Assembly: GCA_903837445.1 (NCBI GenBank)
Contig: CAILUR010000076.1
Location: 1-39,352 of the forward strand
DNA from: an uncultured bacterium
Lineage (GTDB): Bacteria > Oederibacteriota > PGYV01 > CAILUR01
Reading direction: 5' to 3'
Length of the DNA: 39,352 bases
Below are positions 27,848-36,524 of the stretch, piece by piece (the stretch's first letter is position 1; each line of letters begins with the position of its first letter). The position numbers were made by a program, and so were the translations under genes. The notes beneath the pieces were generated by a model that was not told the DNA's origin, searched no databases, and saw only the letters and a program-made list of their open reading frames with translations.

Positions 27848-27882
27848 TGAAAAGTGAAAAGTTGAAAGTAGAAAGCAGTAAG
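27848..27882 (+). repeat. five tandem degenerate heptamers (AAG every 7 nt) in the plsC-ispH spacer
   Basis: TGAAAAG TGAAAAG TTGAAAG TAGAAAG CAGTAAG. Ends 10 nt before the ispH SD GGAGG (27893-97). Confidence 0.6.
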
Positions 27883-27903
27883 TATATTTTACGGAGGCCA
27901 TAT

Positions 27904-28788
27904 GTGAAAGTAATTGTAGCTAAAAACTCCGGCTTTTGTTTTGGAGTGAAGCGGGCGATGGAAATGGCTTACAAATACGCCAAAGAGCATCCAGATAAAA
28001 AAAAGTATTCTCTGCGTGAAATAATTCATAATTCGCAGGAAGTCAAAAAGTTGGAAGCCGAGGGTGTTAAACATATAGAAAAAATAAGTGATATTGAAGA
28101 TGGCGCCTGTGTGATTGTAAGTACTCACGGCGTCACTCCAACTGAGAAAAATAGATTGAAAGAAAAACACTTAAATATTCTGGATACCACTTGTCCGTAT
28201 GTAAAGAAGATACACTTGATAGTAAAACACTTGGCAGAAAGTGGGGCGCAAGTGGTCATAGTTGGAGACAAGGATCACTTGGAAGTCAGCGGCATAGTGG
28301 GCTATGCGCAGGCGCCACCTGAGGGAAAGGGTGTCAGTGTGATAAGTGAAATAGAGGAAGTTAAAAAAATGCGGGTGAGTGCGCAAATAGGCGTAGTGGC
28401 ACAGACCACTTATAACTTGGTCAAGTATATGGAAATTACTAAAGCAATAATGGAAAAAGCGTTTGCACAAGGCTATGCTCAGGTGAGTGTGCACAATACC
28501 ATATGTGACGCCACTTATAACAGGCAGGAAGAGACGATAAAAATTGCCAAGCAAGCAGAGATAATGATAGTGGTAGGCGGGAAGAACAGCGCGAATACCA
28601 AACGGCTTTATAGCTTAAGCAGGGAGATATTAAAAACGGTCTATCATATTGAAACAGCGGGGGAACTTAAGGCCTCGTGGTTCAAGGGGAAGAAAATTGT
28701 GGGGGTCAGTGCAGGAGCTTCTACCCCTGATAGCGCGATAGCGGAAACGGTAAAAAAAATAAACGAAATAGGGAGAAAGCATAAATGA
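27904..28788 (+). CDS. ispH: 4-hydroxy-3-methylbut-2-enyl diphosphate reductase
   Basis: The GTG at 27904, 6 nt after GGAGG, gives MKVIVAKNSGFCFGVKRA, the usual IspH N-terminus. Motifs CPYV, TICDATxxRQ, GGKNSANTxRL. The ORF-track start at 27838 adds 22 non-family residues encoded by the heptamer repeat. Confidence 0.9.
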   Translation: MKVIVAKNSGFCFGVKRAMEMAYKYAKEHPDKKKYSLREIIHNSQEVKKLEAEGVKHIEKISDIEDGACVIVSTHGVTPTEKNRLKEKHLNILDTTCPYVKKIHLIVKHLAESGAQVVIVGDKDHLEVSGIVGYAQAPPEGKGVSVISEIEEVKKMRVSAQIGVVAQTTYNLVKYMEITKAIMEKAFAQGYAQVSVHNTICDATYNRQEETIKIAKQAEIMIVVGGKNSANTKRLYSLSREILKTVYHIETAGELKASWFKGKKIVGVSAGASTPDSAIAETVKKINEIGRKHK

Positions 28789-30410
28789 ATGAAAATGATT
28801 ATGGTTTGAATAAAGGCGTGAGAGATGGCGGCCTGGTAAAAGGGCGGGTGGTAAGAAAAGAAAACGGAGAGGTCTATCTGGATATTGGTTTCAAATCAGA
28901 AGGGTTTATTCCAGTCGAGGAAACAGCGAAATATACTTACTATGATGATTTGAAAGAAGGCGATGAACTGGATGTATATGTGAAAAGAGTGGAAGGTAAA
29001 GAAGGAATGGTCCAACTCTCTAAGATAATTGCCGATAAGAAAATTATTTTTGGAAACATAAAAAAAGCTTTTGAAGCGAAAACCTCTATGGACGGACTTG
29101 TGACAAAGGCGGTAAAAGGTGGTTATATCATAGATTTTGGAGCGAACATAACGGCTTTTCTTCCAATGTCTCACGCCAAAGCATATGGGGTGACTGAAGA
29201 CCTGACAAACAGAAAAATATTTGTAAAAATAATACAGTTAGATGAGGAAAAAAGAAATATCGTGGTGTCATATAAAGAACATATGGCTGAAAAACAAAAG
29301 GCCGATGAAGAAAACTTGAAAAAGAATTTTCCAATAAATGAAAAAATTGAAGTGGCTATAGTAGGAGTTTCTGAAGTTGGGCTTGAAGTGGAAAAAGATG
29401 GCATCAAGGCCTTTGTGATCGCTGGCGAAATAGCGTGGACAAAAATAACAGATATGGCGGGGCAGTATAAAATAGGAGATATCTTACAGGTGCTGGTAAT
29501 GCAGGGCGAGACAGGCAGAATAATGCTCAGCGCGAAACGGCTTACCGAAAACCCTTTTAAAAAGTTCTTGGGAGATATAAAACCTGGAGACACGCTCAAA
29601 GGAGTAATAAAAGAAACAGTCCCGCAGGGCGCGTTGGTAGAATTTACAGGCGGAGTGGAAGGTTTTTTACCAGCTTCTGAGATTACTTACTACAGAAGAA
29701 TAAAAGATCCAGGAGAAGTTTTAAAAAAAGGGCAGGAAATTTCCCCCCTCATTTTTAAAATTGATGCGGAAAATGAAAAAATATTGGTAAGCCTTAAACG
29801 GCTTGAGCGCAATCCGTGGGACGATATTGACGAACGCTATCCCCAGGGAGCCAGAGTGGCTGGCATTATTAAAGAAATAAAAGAAGGCGTGGGCGCGGAA
29901 GTGGAACTTGAGGAAAATGTGGACGCTTTTGTCGCTATGTCAAATATCTCGTGGCAGACCTTTGGCGCTATTTCTGAAGTGCTCAAACAGGGCGAAAAAA
30001 AAGAGTTCAGGATTATGGAAGCGGATAAACAAAAATTTAAAATTATGCTTGGGTTAAAACAACTGCATACCGAACCGTGGGAAACCTTTGTAGAGAAATA
30101 TAAAGAAGGTGGGTTTGTGGATGTCAAGATTATGGACATAGAAGAGACAGCGATAGTGTGCCAAATAATTGATGGCGTCAATGGCAGGATACTGATAAGA
30201 AATAAGGCGAAAGTGATAAACAACAAAGGTGAAATAATTAAAGCCAGAATCTCAAAAATAGACAAAGACCATAAAAAAGTTATTTTATCATCGCAGGAGT
30301 TTGAAGTGTCAGAAGAGAAAAAAGAAATAAATGAGTATATAAAAACGCACGAGCACAAGTTTACGCTTAGCGATGTCATACAGATTAAAAAAACAGATAA
30401 GCCGGAGTGA
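28785..30410 (+). CDS. rpsA: 30S ribosomal protein S1 (multi-S1-domain RNA-binding protein)
   Basis: 541 aa with about six repeated S1/OB motifs (G.V.G.V......G..V....G..GF.P.SE). ATGA overlap with ispH; ispH-rpsA linkage is common. Confidence 0.82.
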   Translation: MNENDYGLNKGVRDGGLVKGRVVRKENGEVYLDIGFKSEGFIPVEETAKYTYYDDLKEGDELDVYVKRVEGKEGMVQLSKIIADKKIIFGNIKKAFEAKTSMDGLVTKAVKGGYIIDFGANITAFLPMSHAKAYGVTEDLTNRKIFVKIIQLDEEKRNIVVSYKEHMAEKQKADEENLKKNFPINEKIEVAIVGVSEVGLEVEKDGIKAFVIAGEIAWTKITDMAGQYKIGDILQVLVMQGETGRIMLSAKRLTENPFKKFLGDIKPGDTLKGVIKETVPQGALVEFTGGVEGFLPASEITYYRRIKDPGEVLKKGQEISPLIFKIDAENEKILVSLKRLERNPWDDIDERYPQGARVAGIIKEIKEGVGAEVELEENVDAFVAMSNISWQTFGAISEVLKQGEKKEFRIMEADKQKFKIMLGLKQLHTEPWETFVEKYKEGGFVDVKIMDIEETAIVCQIIDGVNGRILIRNKAKVINNKGEIIKARISKIDKDHKKVILSSQEFEVSEEKKEINEYIKTHEHKFTLSDVIQIKKTDKPE

Positions 30411-30412
30411 CT

Positions 30413-31036
30413 ATGCTGAAAAAAATACCTATTTCTACAGTAAGCAGGCTTTCACTTTACTTGAAATGTTTTACCGAGCTTCATATTGAAAGTGTGGAGT
30501 ATGTGTCTTCTGAAGACCTTGCCGAGCGTATAGGCCTTAACGCCGCACAGGTCAGAAAGGACTTGGCTTTTTTTGGACAGTTCGGTAGGCGCGGAGTGGG
30601 GTACAATATAGTAAGTTTGAAAGAAGAAATCTCAAAGATATTGGGCACGCACAAGTCTTGGAAGACGGCTGTTATTGGAATGGGAAACTTAGGTTCGGCC
30701 TTGACTATGTATACTGGGTTTCGAGCAAAAGGGTTTAATATAGTGGCAGGGTTTGATGTCTCCACAGATAAAATTGGCTGGGAAATAGATACTCTTAAAA
30801 TATACGATTATCAGGATTTGGAAAAAGTAATCAAAAAAGAAAAAATAGAAATAGTTATTATCACTACTCCGAAAGAAGTGCTTGCAGATGTAATGGCAAA
30901 ACTGAGAAAAACTGGGATTAAGGGTATTTTAAATTTTGCTGGAAAATATATGAAAAACGAAGGAAATATAATAATAAGAAATGTAGACTTAGGGCAAGAA
31001 ATGGAGCAGTTGACATTCTTTTTAACGAATAAATAG
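30413..31036 (+). CDS. rex: redox-sensing transcriptional repressor Rex
   Basis: IPISTVSRLSLYLKC, SSEDLAERIGLNAAQVRKDLAFFGQFGRRGVGYNI and Rossmann VIGMGNLGSAL. ATG 5 nt after GGAG. A GTG at 30407 is an alternative start. Confidence 0.9.
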   Translation: MLKKIPISTVSRLSLYLKCFTELHIESVEYVSSEDLAERIGLNAAQVRKDLAFFGQFGRRGVGYNIVSLKEEISKILGTHKSWKTAVIGMGNLGSALTMYTGFRAKGFNIVAGFDVSTDKIGWEIDTLKIYDYQDLEKVIKKEKIEIVIITTPKEVLADVMAKLRKTGIKGILNFAGKYMKNEGNIIIRNVDLGQEMEQLTFFLTNK

Positions 31037-31098
31037 GATAATAAAAAGGTGGGAATTTCTTTAGCCCTTGTGCTGATGCGAAACCACTTGGAGGAAAT

Positions 31099-33015
31099 AT
31101 GATTAAAGTAATTTACAAAGGCAAAACCATAGAAGGCGCGCCCGGCACTCGGGTCAAGGACTTGATAAAACAGGCCGAGGGTATGGATACTCCAGATATT
31201 TTGTTGGCAAAAGTTAATGGGGTCCTCACAGATATGGCAGCACAGGTTAATGCGGATGCGGAGATTGTCCCCATTACTTTTAATGATGAAGAAGGAAAAA
31301 AAACCTATTGGCATAGTACTTCACATATTATGGCGGCAGCGGTAAAACAGCTTTGGCCAGAAGTGAAAGTCACTATAGGACCTTCAATTGATGAAGGGTT
31401 TTATTATGATTTTGACAGAGAAAAACCTTTCGCCGAAGAGGAACTCGCTAAAATAGAAGAAGAAATGAAAAAAATAATAAAAGAAAATGCGCCTTTTATA
31501 CGCAAAAATATTTCAAAGGCCGAAGCCATTACTATGTTTAAGGCGCTTGGTGAAACATATAAAGTAGAAATCATAGATGGCATTAAAGAAGACATAGTAA
31601 GTCTTTATTCAATAGGCGCCTTTACCGACTTGTGTCGGGGGCCACATTTACCGGCATCTAAAAAAGTAAAAGCGGTAAAATTGACAAAAGTGGCAGGGGC
31701 ATATTGGCGTGGCGATGAAAAAAATAAAATGCTCCAGAGAATTTATGGCATTTCTTTTCCTACACAAGAACTGCTGGATGAATATTTAAACGGCATAGAA
31801 GAAGCCAAACAGCGCGACCATCGCAAACTGGGTAAAGAACTTGATTTGTTTTCACTTCACGAGGAGTTTGGGGCAGGGCTTGTGTATTGGCATCCGAAAG
31901 GCGCTATGATAAGAAAAGAGATTGAGGATTTTTGGCGTGCGGAACATTTAAAACGCGGATATGATTTGGTGGTGTCACCGCATTTGGCAAAGATAGATTT
32001 GTGGAACACTTCTGGGCACACAGGTTTTTATAAAGATAGTCTTTTTCCAGTTATGACTTTGGATGATAATGACTATCTGGTAAAACCTATGAACTGTCCT
32101 TTTCACATACTTATTTATAATACTTCAAAGAAAAGCTATCGTGACCTGCCACTGCGTTGGGCAGAGATAGGCACAGTGTATAGATATGAAAAGTCAGGCG
32201 TCTTGCACGGGCTTATGCGAGTGCGCGGTTTCTCACAGGATGATGCCCATATTTTTATGCGGGAAGACCAGCTGGATGAAGAATTGGGGAAACTGCTTGA
32301 GATAATAGAATATATTCTTGGAGTATTTGGATTTCAAAGTTATGAAGTATATCTCAGTACAAGACCTGAGGAATATATAGGAGATATCGCGACCTGGGAT
32401 AAGGCGGAAACTGCGCTGAAAAATTCACTTGAAAAAGCCGGCTTGGCTTACAAAGTGGATGCAGGAGGCGGCGCGTTTTATGGACCTAAAATTGACATAA
32501 AAATAAAAGATGCGCTTAACCGTGTCTGGCAGTGTTCTACTGTGCAGGTGGATTTTAATTTACCAGAAAGGTTTAATGTAAACTATACAGGCAGTGATGG
32601 GAAAGAGCACAGAGTAATTATGGTACATAGAGCGCTGTTGGGTTCTTTTGAACGCTTTTTCGGAGTGCTCATAGAACACTATAAAGGCGCGTTTCCTGTC
32701 TGGTTGGCGCCAGTGCAGGTAATGGTAATGCCCCTCACTGACAGAAATAACGACTACGCTAAAAAAATTCAGAACCTGTTAATAGACGCTGGAGTCAGAG
32801 CGAAATTTGATGACAACAATGAAAAAATAGGCGCGAAGATAAGAACTTCTACAATGCAAAAAGTCCCCTATATGATAATTACTGGAGACATAGAAGTAGA
32901 GACCAACACTATTTCTGTCCGCAAACGCTCAGGGGAAGAAGAAAAAGGCGTGAGTGCGGAAGCATTTGTGAAAATGATTACAGAAAAAATAAAGAAAAAG
33001 GAGATAGCAATATAG
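31099..33015 (+). CDS. thrS: threonine--tRNA ligase
   Basis: 638 aa. N-terminal TGS domain, editing-domain HSTSHIMA, class II motifs (DHRKLGKELDLF, FRYEKSGVLHGLMRVRGFSQDDAHIF, GGGAFYGPKID). Confidence 0.96.
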   Translation: MIKVIYKGKTIEGAPGTRVKDLIKQAEGMDTPDILLAKVNGVLTDMAAQVNADAEIVPITFNDEEGKKTYWHSTSHIMAAAVKQLWPEVKVTIGPSIDEGFYYDFDREKPFAEEELAKIEEEMKKIIKENAPFIRKNISKAEAITMFKALGETYKVEIIDGIKEDIVSLYSIGAFTDLCRGPHLPASKKVKAVKLTKVAGAYWRGDEKNKMLQRIYGISFPTQELLDEYLNGIEEAKQRDHRKLGKELDLFSLHEEFGAGLVYWHPKGAMIRKEIEDFWRAEHLKRGYDLVVSPHLAKIDLWNTSGHTGFYKDSLFPVMTLDDNDYLVKPMNCPFHILIYNTSKKSYRDLPLRWAEIGTVYRYEKSGVLHGLMRVRGFSQDDAHIFMREDQLDEELGKLLEIIEYILGVFGFQSYEVYLSTRPEEYIGDIATWDKAETALKNSLEKAGLAYKVDAGGGAFYGPKIDIKIKDALNRVWQCSTVQVDFNLPERFNVNYTGSDGKEHRVIMVHRALLGSFERFFGVLIEHYKGAFPVWLAPVQVMVMPLTDRNNDYAKKIQNLLIDAGVRAKFDDNNEKIGAKIRTSTMQKVPYMIITGDIEVETNTISVRKRSGEEEKGVSAEAFVKMITEKIKKKEIAI

Positions 33016-33034
33016 TTCCGAAGTTTGGAACTAT
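33012..33034 (+). promoter_or_regulatory. hairpin overlapping the thrS stop codon (ATAGTTCC-GAAGTTT-GGAACTAT)
   Basis: 8-bp perfect stem with a 7-nt loop. No clear U-tract. Shares the word AGTTCCGA...TTGGAAC with the tRNA-spacer element at 38977-38995. Confidence 0.4.
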
Positions 33035-33043
33035 TAAAATATT

Positions 33044-34399
33044 ATGGTTAAAAAAATAAATATTTTTAGTTGCGTGTCCTGTGGGTATGAGTCCAACAAA
33101 TGGTTGGGCAAATGTCCGTCTTGTAATGAGTGGAACTCGTTTGTAGAAGACGCTAAATTTAAAGGCAAACACGCTGCTGGGGAATATCGTAATTTTGGCG
33201 AGACCGGAGTTATGGCTTTACCAGAAATAATACTGAGCGAAGAAGAACGCATAAAAACAGGAATCATCGAAGCTGATAGAGTCTTTGGCGGCGGTATTGT
33301 GAAAGGGTCCATAGTGCTTTTGGGTGGAGAACCAGGAATAGGAAAATCCACTCTCGCTCTTATGCTTGCAGGAAAAACGGCAGAACAAGGGTGCAAGGTA
33401 TTATATATTTCAGGCGAAGAGTCGTTGGCACAAATTAAAATGCGTGCCGACAGACTGAAAATAAGTTCTAATAATATTTTTCTCGTGACTGAAACCGCAG
33501 TAGAAAAAATAGCGGCGCTTATTGAAAAAGAAAAACCAGCTCTGGTAATAATAGATTCGATTCAGACAGTGTATAAAGACGGCGTGGACTCAGTCGCTGG
33601 TAGCTTTACGCAGGTCCGTGAGAGCGGCGCACACCTGCTCTACACCGCTAAAAAGACAGGCGTGCCGATAATTTTGATAGGGCATGTGACAAAAGACGGT
33701 ATGATAGCTGGTCCTAAAACGCTGGAACATATGGTGGATGCGGTAATTTATTTTGAGTCAGAAAAATATCTGCAGTTTAGGATTTTGCGTGCAGAAAAAA
33801 ATAGATTTGGGTCCACAAATGAAATAGGGATTTTTGAAATGACAGATGAGGGACTTAAAGAAGTAAAAAGTCCGTCTAAAATGCTCTTGGAAAATCTCGC
33901 GGATGAGAAAACAGGTAGTAGCATAGTGACTGTAATGGAAGGCACCAGAGCGCTTATGCTGGAAATACAGGCACTTACAGGCAGGCGGGCTTATGGGACG
34001 CCGCAAAGGACAGTGACAGGGATTGACTATAACAGGTTTTTGCTGATTCTGGCTATAATGGAAAGAAAAATTGAACTGAGTTTGGAAAGTCAGGATATTT
34101 TTGTAAATGTGGCAGGCGGAATAAAAGTAAACGAGACCGCTGCAGATCTGGCAGTGGCGGCGGCAATATATTCCAGCTTCACTGAAAGACCAGTGTCCAC
34201 GAAGACGGTTTTTATGGGAGAACTCGGACTGGATGGCGAGGTCAGGCAGGTAAAGCATTTAGACCTGCGCATACAGGAAGCCCAAAGACTCGGGTTTAAC
34301 AAATGTGTAATTCCGGCAAAGTCAAAACCAGGCAAAACTGAAATGAATATAGTGATGATAAAAGATATAAGAGAGATAGCGGGAATAATAAGGCAATAA
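33044..34399 (+). CDS. radA: DNA repair protein RadA (Sms)
   Basis: 451 aa. CxxC...CxxC zinc finger (CVSCGYESNKWLGKCPSCNEW), Walker A GGEPGIGKST, KNRFG motif, Lon-like C-terminal domain. Confidence 0.95.
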   Translation: MVKKINIFSCVSCGYESNKWLGKCPSCNEWNSFVEDAKFKGKHAAGEYRNFGETGVMALPEIILSEEERIKTGIIEADRVFGGGIVKGSIVLLGGEPGIGKSTLALMLAGKTAEQGCKVLYISGEESLAQIKMRADRLKISSNNIFLVTETAVEKIAALIEKEKPALVIIDSIQTVYKDGVDSVAGSFTQVRESGAHLLYTAKKTGVPIILIGHVTKDGMIAGPKTLEHMVDAVIYFESEKYLQFRILRAEKNRFGSTNEIGIFEMTDEGLKEVKSPSKMLLENLADEKTGSSIVTVMEGTRALMLEIQALTGRRAYGTPQRTVTGIDYNRFLLILAIMERKIELSLESQDIFVNVAGGIKVNETAADLAVAAAIYSSFTERPVSTKTVFMGELGLDGEVRQVKHLDLRIQEAQRLGFNKCVIPAKSKPGKTEMNIVMIKDIREIAGIIRQ

Positions 34400-34441
34400 A
34401 ATTTAAAGGGCGGGAAACCTGCCCAGAGAAAGGAGGAAAAA

Positions 34442-35236
34442 ATGAAACTAGTAATTTACTTTTTGTATTTAGTAATGGGCGGTGCGACTGGATTTTTTGG
34501 AGTGTCTGAAATAGTGAAGGGACAAAGTCCTGAAAATTACAATGCAATGCTTGGAGGTCTGCTCGGAGGAGTGGTTATTTCGGCGGTATTAATAATTATC
34601 AATATTATGATAGACAAAAAGAAAAATGCCGGAGGAAGTGTGTCAAAAAAGATACTGGACACCAGTGTCATTATTGACGGCAGAATAAGCGATCTCTGCG
34701 AAACCGGTTTTTTGGAAGGCACTATACTATTGCCGAAATTTGTGTTGCACGAGCTACAGCATATAGCAGACTCATCTGATAATTTAAAGAGACATAAAGG
34801 CAGGCGTGGTATGGAAGTGCTGGATGCCCTGAAAAAATGTCCGAATATTAGCATAGAGATAACTGATAAGGATTATACTTCCACAAGACAAGTGGATGAA
34901 AAACTTGTGTTGTTGGCAAAAGAAATAAACGGCAAAATAATTACCAACGATTATAACCTAAATAAAGTCGCGGAGATTCAGGGCGTAAAAGTGCTGAATT
35001 TAAATGAAATCTCAAACGCGATAAAACCTGTATTTTTGCCGGGCGAAAGAGTGTTTGTCAAAGTAATGAAAGAAGGCAAAGAAAAAGAACAGGGCATAGC
35101 CTATCTAAATGACGGCACTATGATAGTCATAGACCATGCGAAAAAAATGCTGAATAAAAGAATTGAAGTTGTAGTGACCAATGTGCTACAGACAGATGCG
35201 GGCAGAATGATTTTTGCCAAGTACGAGGGAAATTAA
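34442..35236 (+). CDS. yacL: PIN/TRAM domain membrane-anchored protein (YacL-like)
   Basis: 264 aa. Two N-terminal TM helices, PIN motif [12 protein letters not shown]...[11 protein letters not shown]...[11 protein letters not shown]-terminal TRAM-like domain. Conserved radA-yacL-ispD-ispF neighbourhood as in Bacillus. Confidence 0.78.
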   Translation: MKLVIYFLYLVMGGATGFFGVSEIVKGQSPENYNAMLGGLLGGVVISAVLIIINIMIDKKKNAGGSVSKKILDTSVIIDGRISDLCETGFLEGTILLPKFVLHELQHIADSSDNLKRHKGRRGMEVLDALKKCPNISIEITDKDYTSTRQVDEKLVLLAKEINGKIITNDYNLNKVAEIQGVKVLNLNEISNAIKPVFLPGERVFVKVMKEGKEKEQGIAYLNDGTMIVIDHAKKMLNKRIEVVVTNVLQTDAGRMIFAKYEGN

Positions 35237-35916
35237 TGAAAACAGCGGCAGTGATAGTAGCGGCAGGCAAAGGAAAACGGTTTGGTGGGAAAGTGCCAAA
35301 ACAGTTTTTGAAAGTAAATGGAAAAACACTGCTGGCTTATGCGATAGAAAATTTTGAAACCTCTGGGAGCATAGATTATGTGCTCCTGGTGGTTTCAGAA
35401 GAATTTATAGGACTGACTCGGCGCCTTGTAAAAAAACATAAGTTTAAAAAAGTAATAGGTATTATAACCGGTGGCAGTGAGAGATACTTGTCTGTATATA
35501 ATGCCCTGGAGTTTTTAAAAAATATCGCTCCAGATAAAGTGTTAATCCACGATGGAGCAAGACCACTGCCGATAGCACATTTGATAAAAGACATTACAAC
35601 TCGGCTGGATAAAAATGATGCGGTGGTGCCAGTAAATAAAATATTTGGCACTATCAAAAGAGTGGGCAATGGCGAAATAAAAGCTACTCTGAACAGGACG
35701 GAACTGAGAACTTCACATACGCCTCAGGGTTTTAAATACAAGACCATACTGGCGCTTTATACAAAAGCAAATTTAAAAAAATATAAACCGACTGATGAAG
35801 CCGCATTGTTTGAGGCTTGTGGAAAAAAAGTGACAGTCATAGAAGATGACACCCCAAATATAAAGATTACCACGGGAAAAGATTTGAAAGTGCTCAAAGT
35901 ATTATTAAAGAACTAA
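35236..35916 (+). CDS. ispD: 2-C-methyl-D-erythritol 4-phosphate cytidylyltransferase
   Basis: 226 aa. Motifs AVIVAAGKGKRFG, LIHDGARP, TPQGF. TAATG overlap with yacL. Confidence 0.92.
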   Translation: MKTAAVIVAAGKGKRFGGKVPKQFLKVNGKTLLAYAIENFETSGSIDYVLLVVSEEFIGLTRRLVKKHKFKKVIGIITGGSERYLSVYNALEFLKNIAPDKVLIHDGARPLPIAHLIKDITTRLDKNDAVVPVNKIFGTIKRVGNGEIKATLNRTELRTSHTPQGFKYKTILALYTKANLKKYKPTDEAALFEACGKKVTVIEDDTPNIKITTGKDLKVLKVLLKN

Positions 35917-36020
35917 GATGGTTTTGTGTTTGGATTTAACAAAGGTAAAGAAAAATAAAATAGGGCGGGCTGTTTGGTGTAGGTGAGATTTGACCAAAAA
36001 CTGCCTTAAAAGAGGTCTTT

Positions 36021-36497
36021 ATGCGAGTAGGCATAGGTTATGATGTACACAAGTTGACTAGAGGAAAACGGCTTTTTATCGGAGGCATTGAGTTTGAACA
36101 CGCAGAGTTTGGCTTGGAAGGGCATTCTGATGCGGATGTTTTGATACACGCCATTATGGATGGTATGCTGGGAGCGGCAGGGCTCAAGGACATAGGGCAT
36201 TATTTCCCGAATACGGATGAGTCATTAAAAGGGATAAGAAGCACAGTGCTTTTAAAAAGAACAAAAGAAATTATTTTTGAAGAAGGGTATTTTATAAATA
36301 ATATAGATACGATACTGGTCGCAGAATATCCACGCTTGACACCCAAAATAGATATAATAAGACAGACCTTGGCAGATATTCTCGGCATCACAGTAAAACA
36401 GATAGCAGTAAAAGCGACCACCGAAGAGGGTTTAGGTTTTATAGGAGCCAAAGAAGGCGTAGCGGCTCACGCAGTGGTAGTGCTAAAAGAAAAATAG
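36021..36497 (+). CDS. ispF: 2-C-methyl-D-erythritol 2,4-cyclodiphosphate synthase
   Basis: 158 aa. Motifs RVGIGYDVHKL, GHSDADVLIHAIxDxxLGA, KATTTE-like KATTEEGLGF. Confidence 0.94.
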   Translation: MRVGIGYDVHKLTRGKRLFIGGIEFEHAEFGLEGHSDADVLIHAIMDGMLGAAGLKDIGHYFPNTDESLKGIRSTVLLKRTKEIIFEEGYFINNIDTILVAEYPRLTPKIDIIRQTLADILGITVKQIAVKATTEEGLGFIGAKEGVAAHAVVVLKEK

Positions 36498-36524
36498 TTT
36501 GACCAGAAAATAATAAAGGATGCT

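Noticed and set aside
27848-27882. Short tandem repeats (27848-27882, 38908-39018) as a CRISPR array
   Set aside because: The units are 7-14 nt with no spacers and no cas genes. They are not CRISPR.
29837-30379. 180-aa antisense ORF inside rpsA. Similar long antisense ORFs lie at 30811-31314, 33758-34258, 11187-11651, 1190-1609, 2292-2723 and 25189-25620.
   Set aside because: The coding strands here are very purine/A-rich, so the complementary strands are T-rich and poor in stop codons. The translations are low-complexity (F/I/S/L-rich), have no RBS and no family resemblance, and each fully overlaps a well-supported housekeeping gene.
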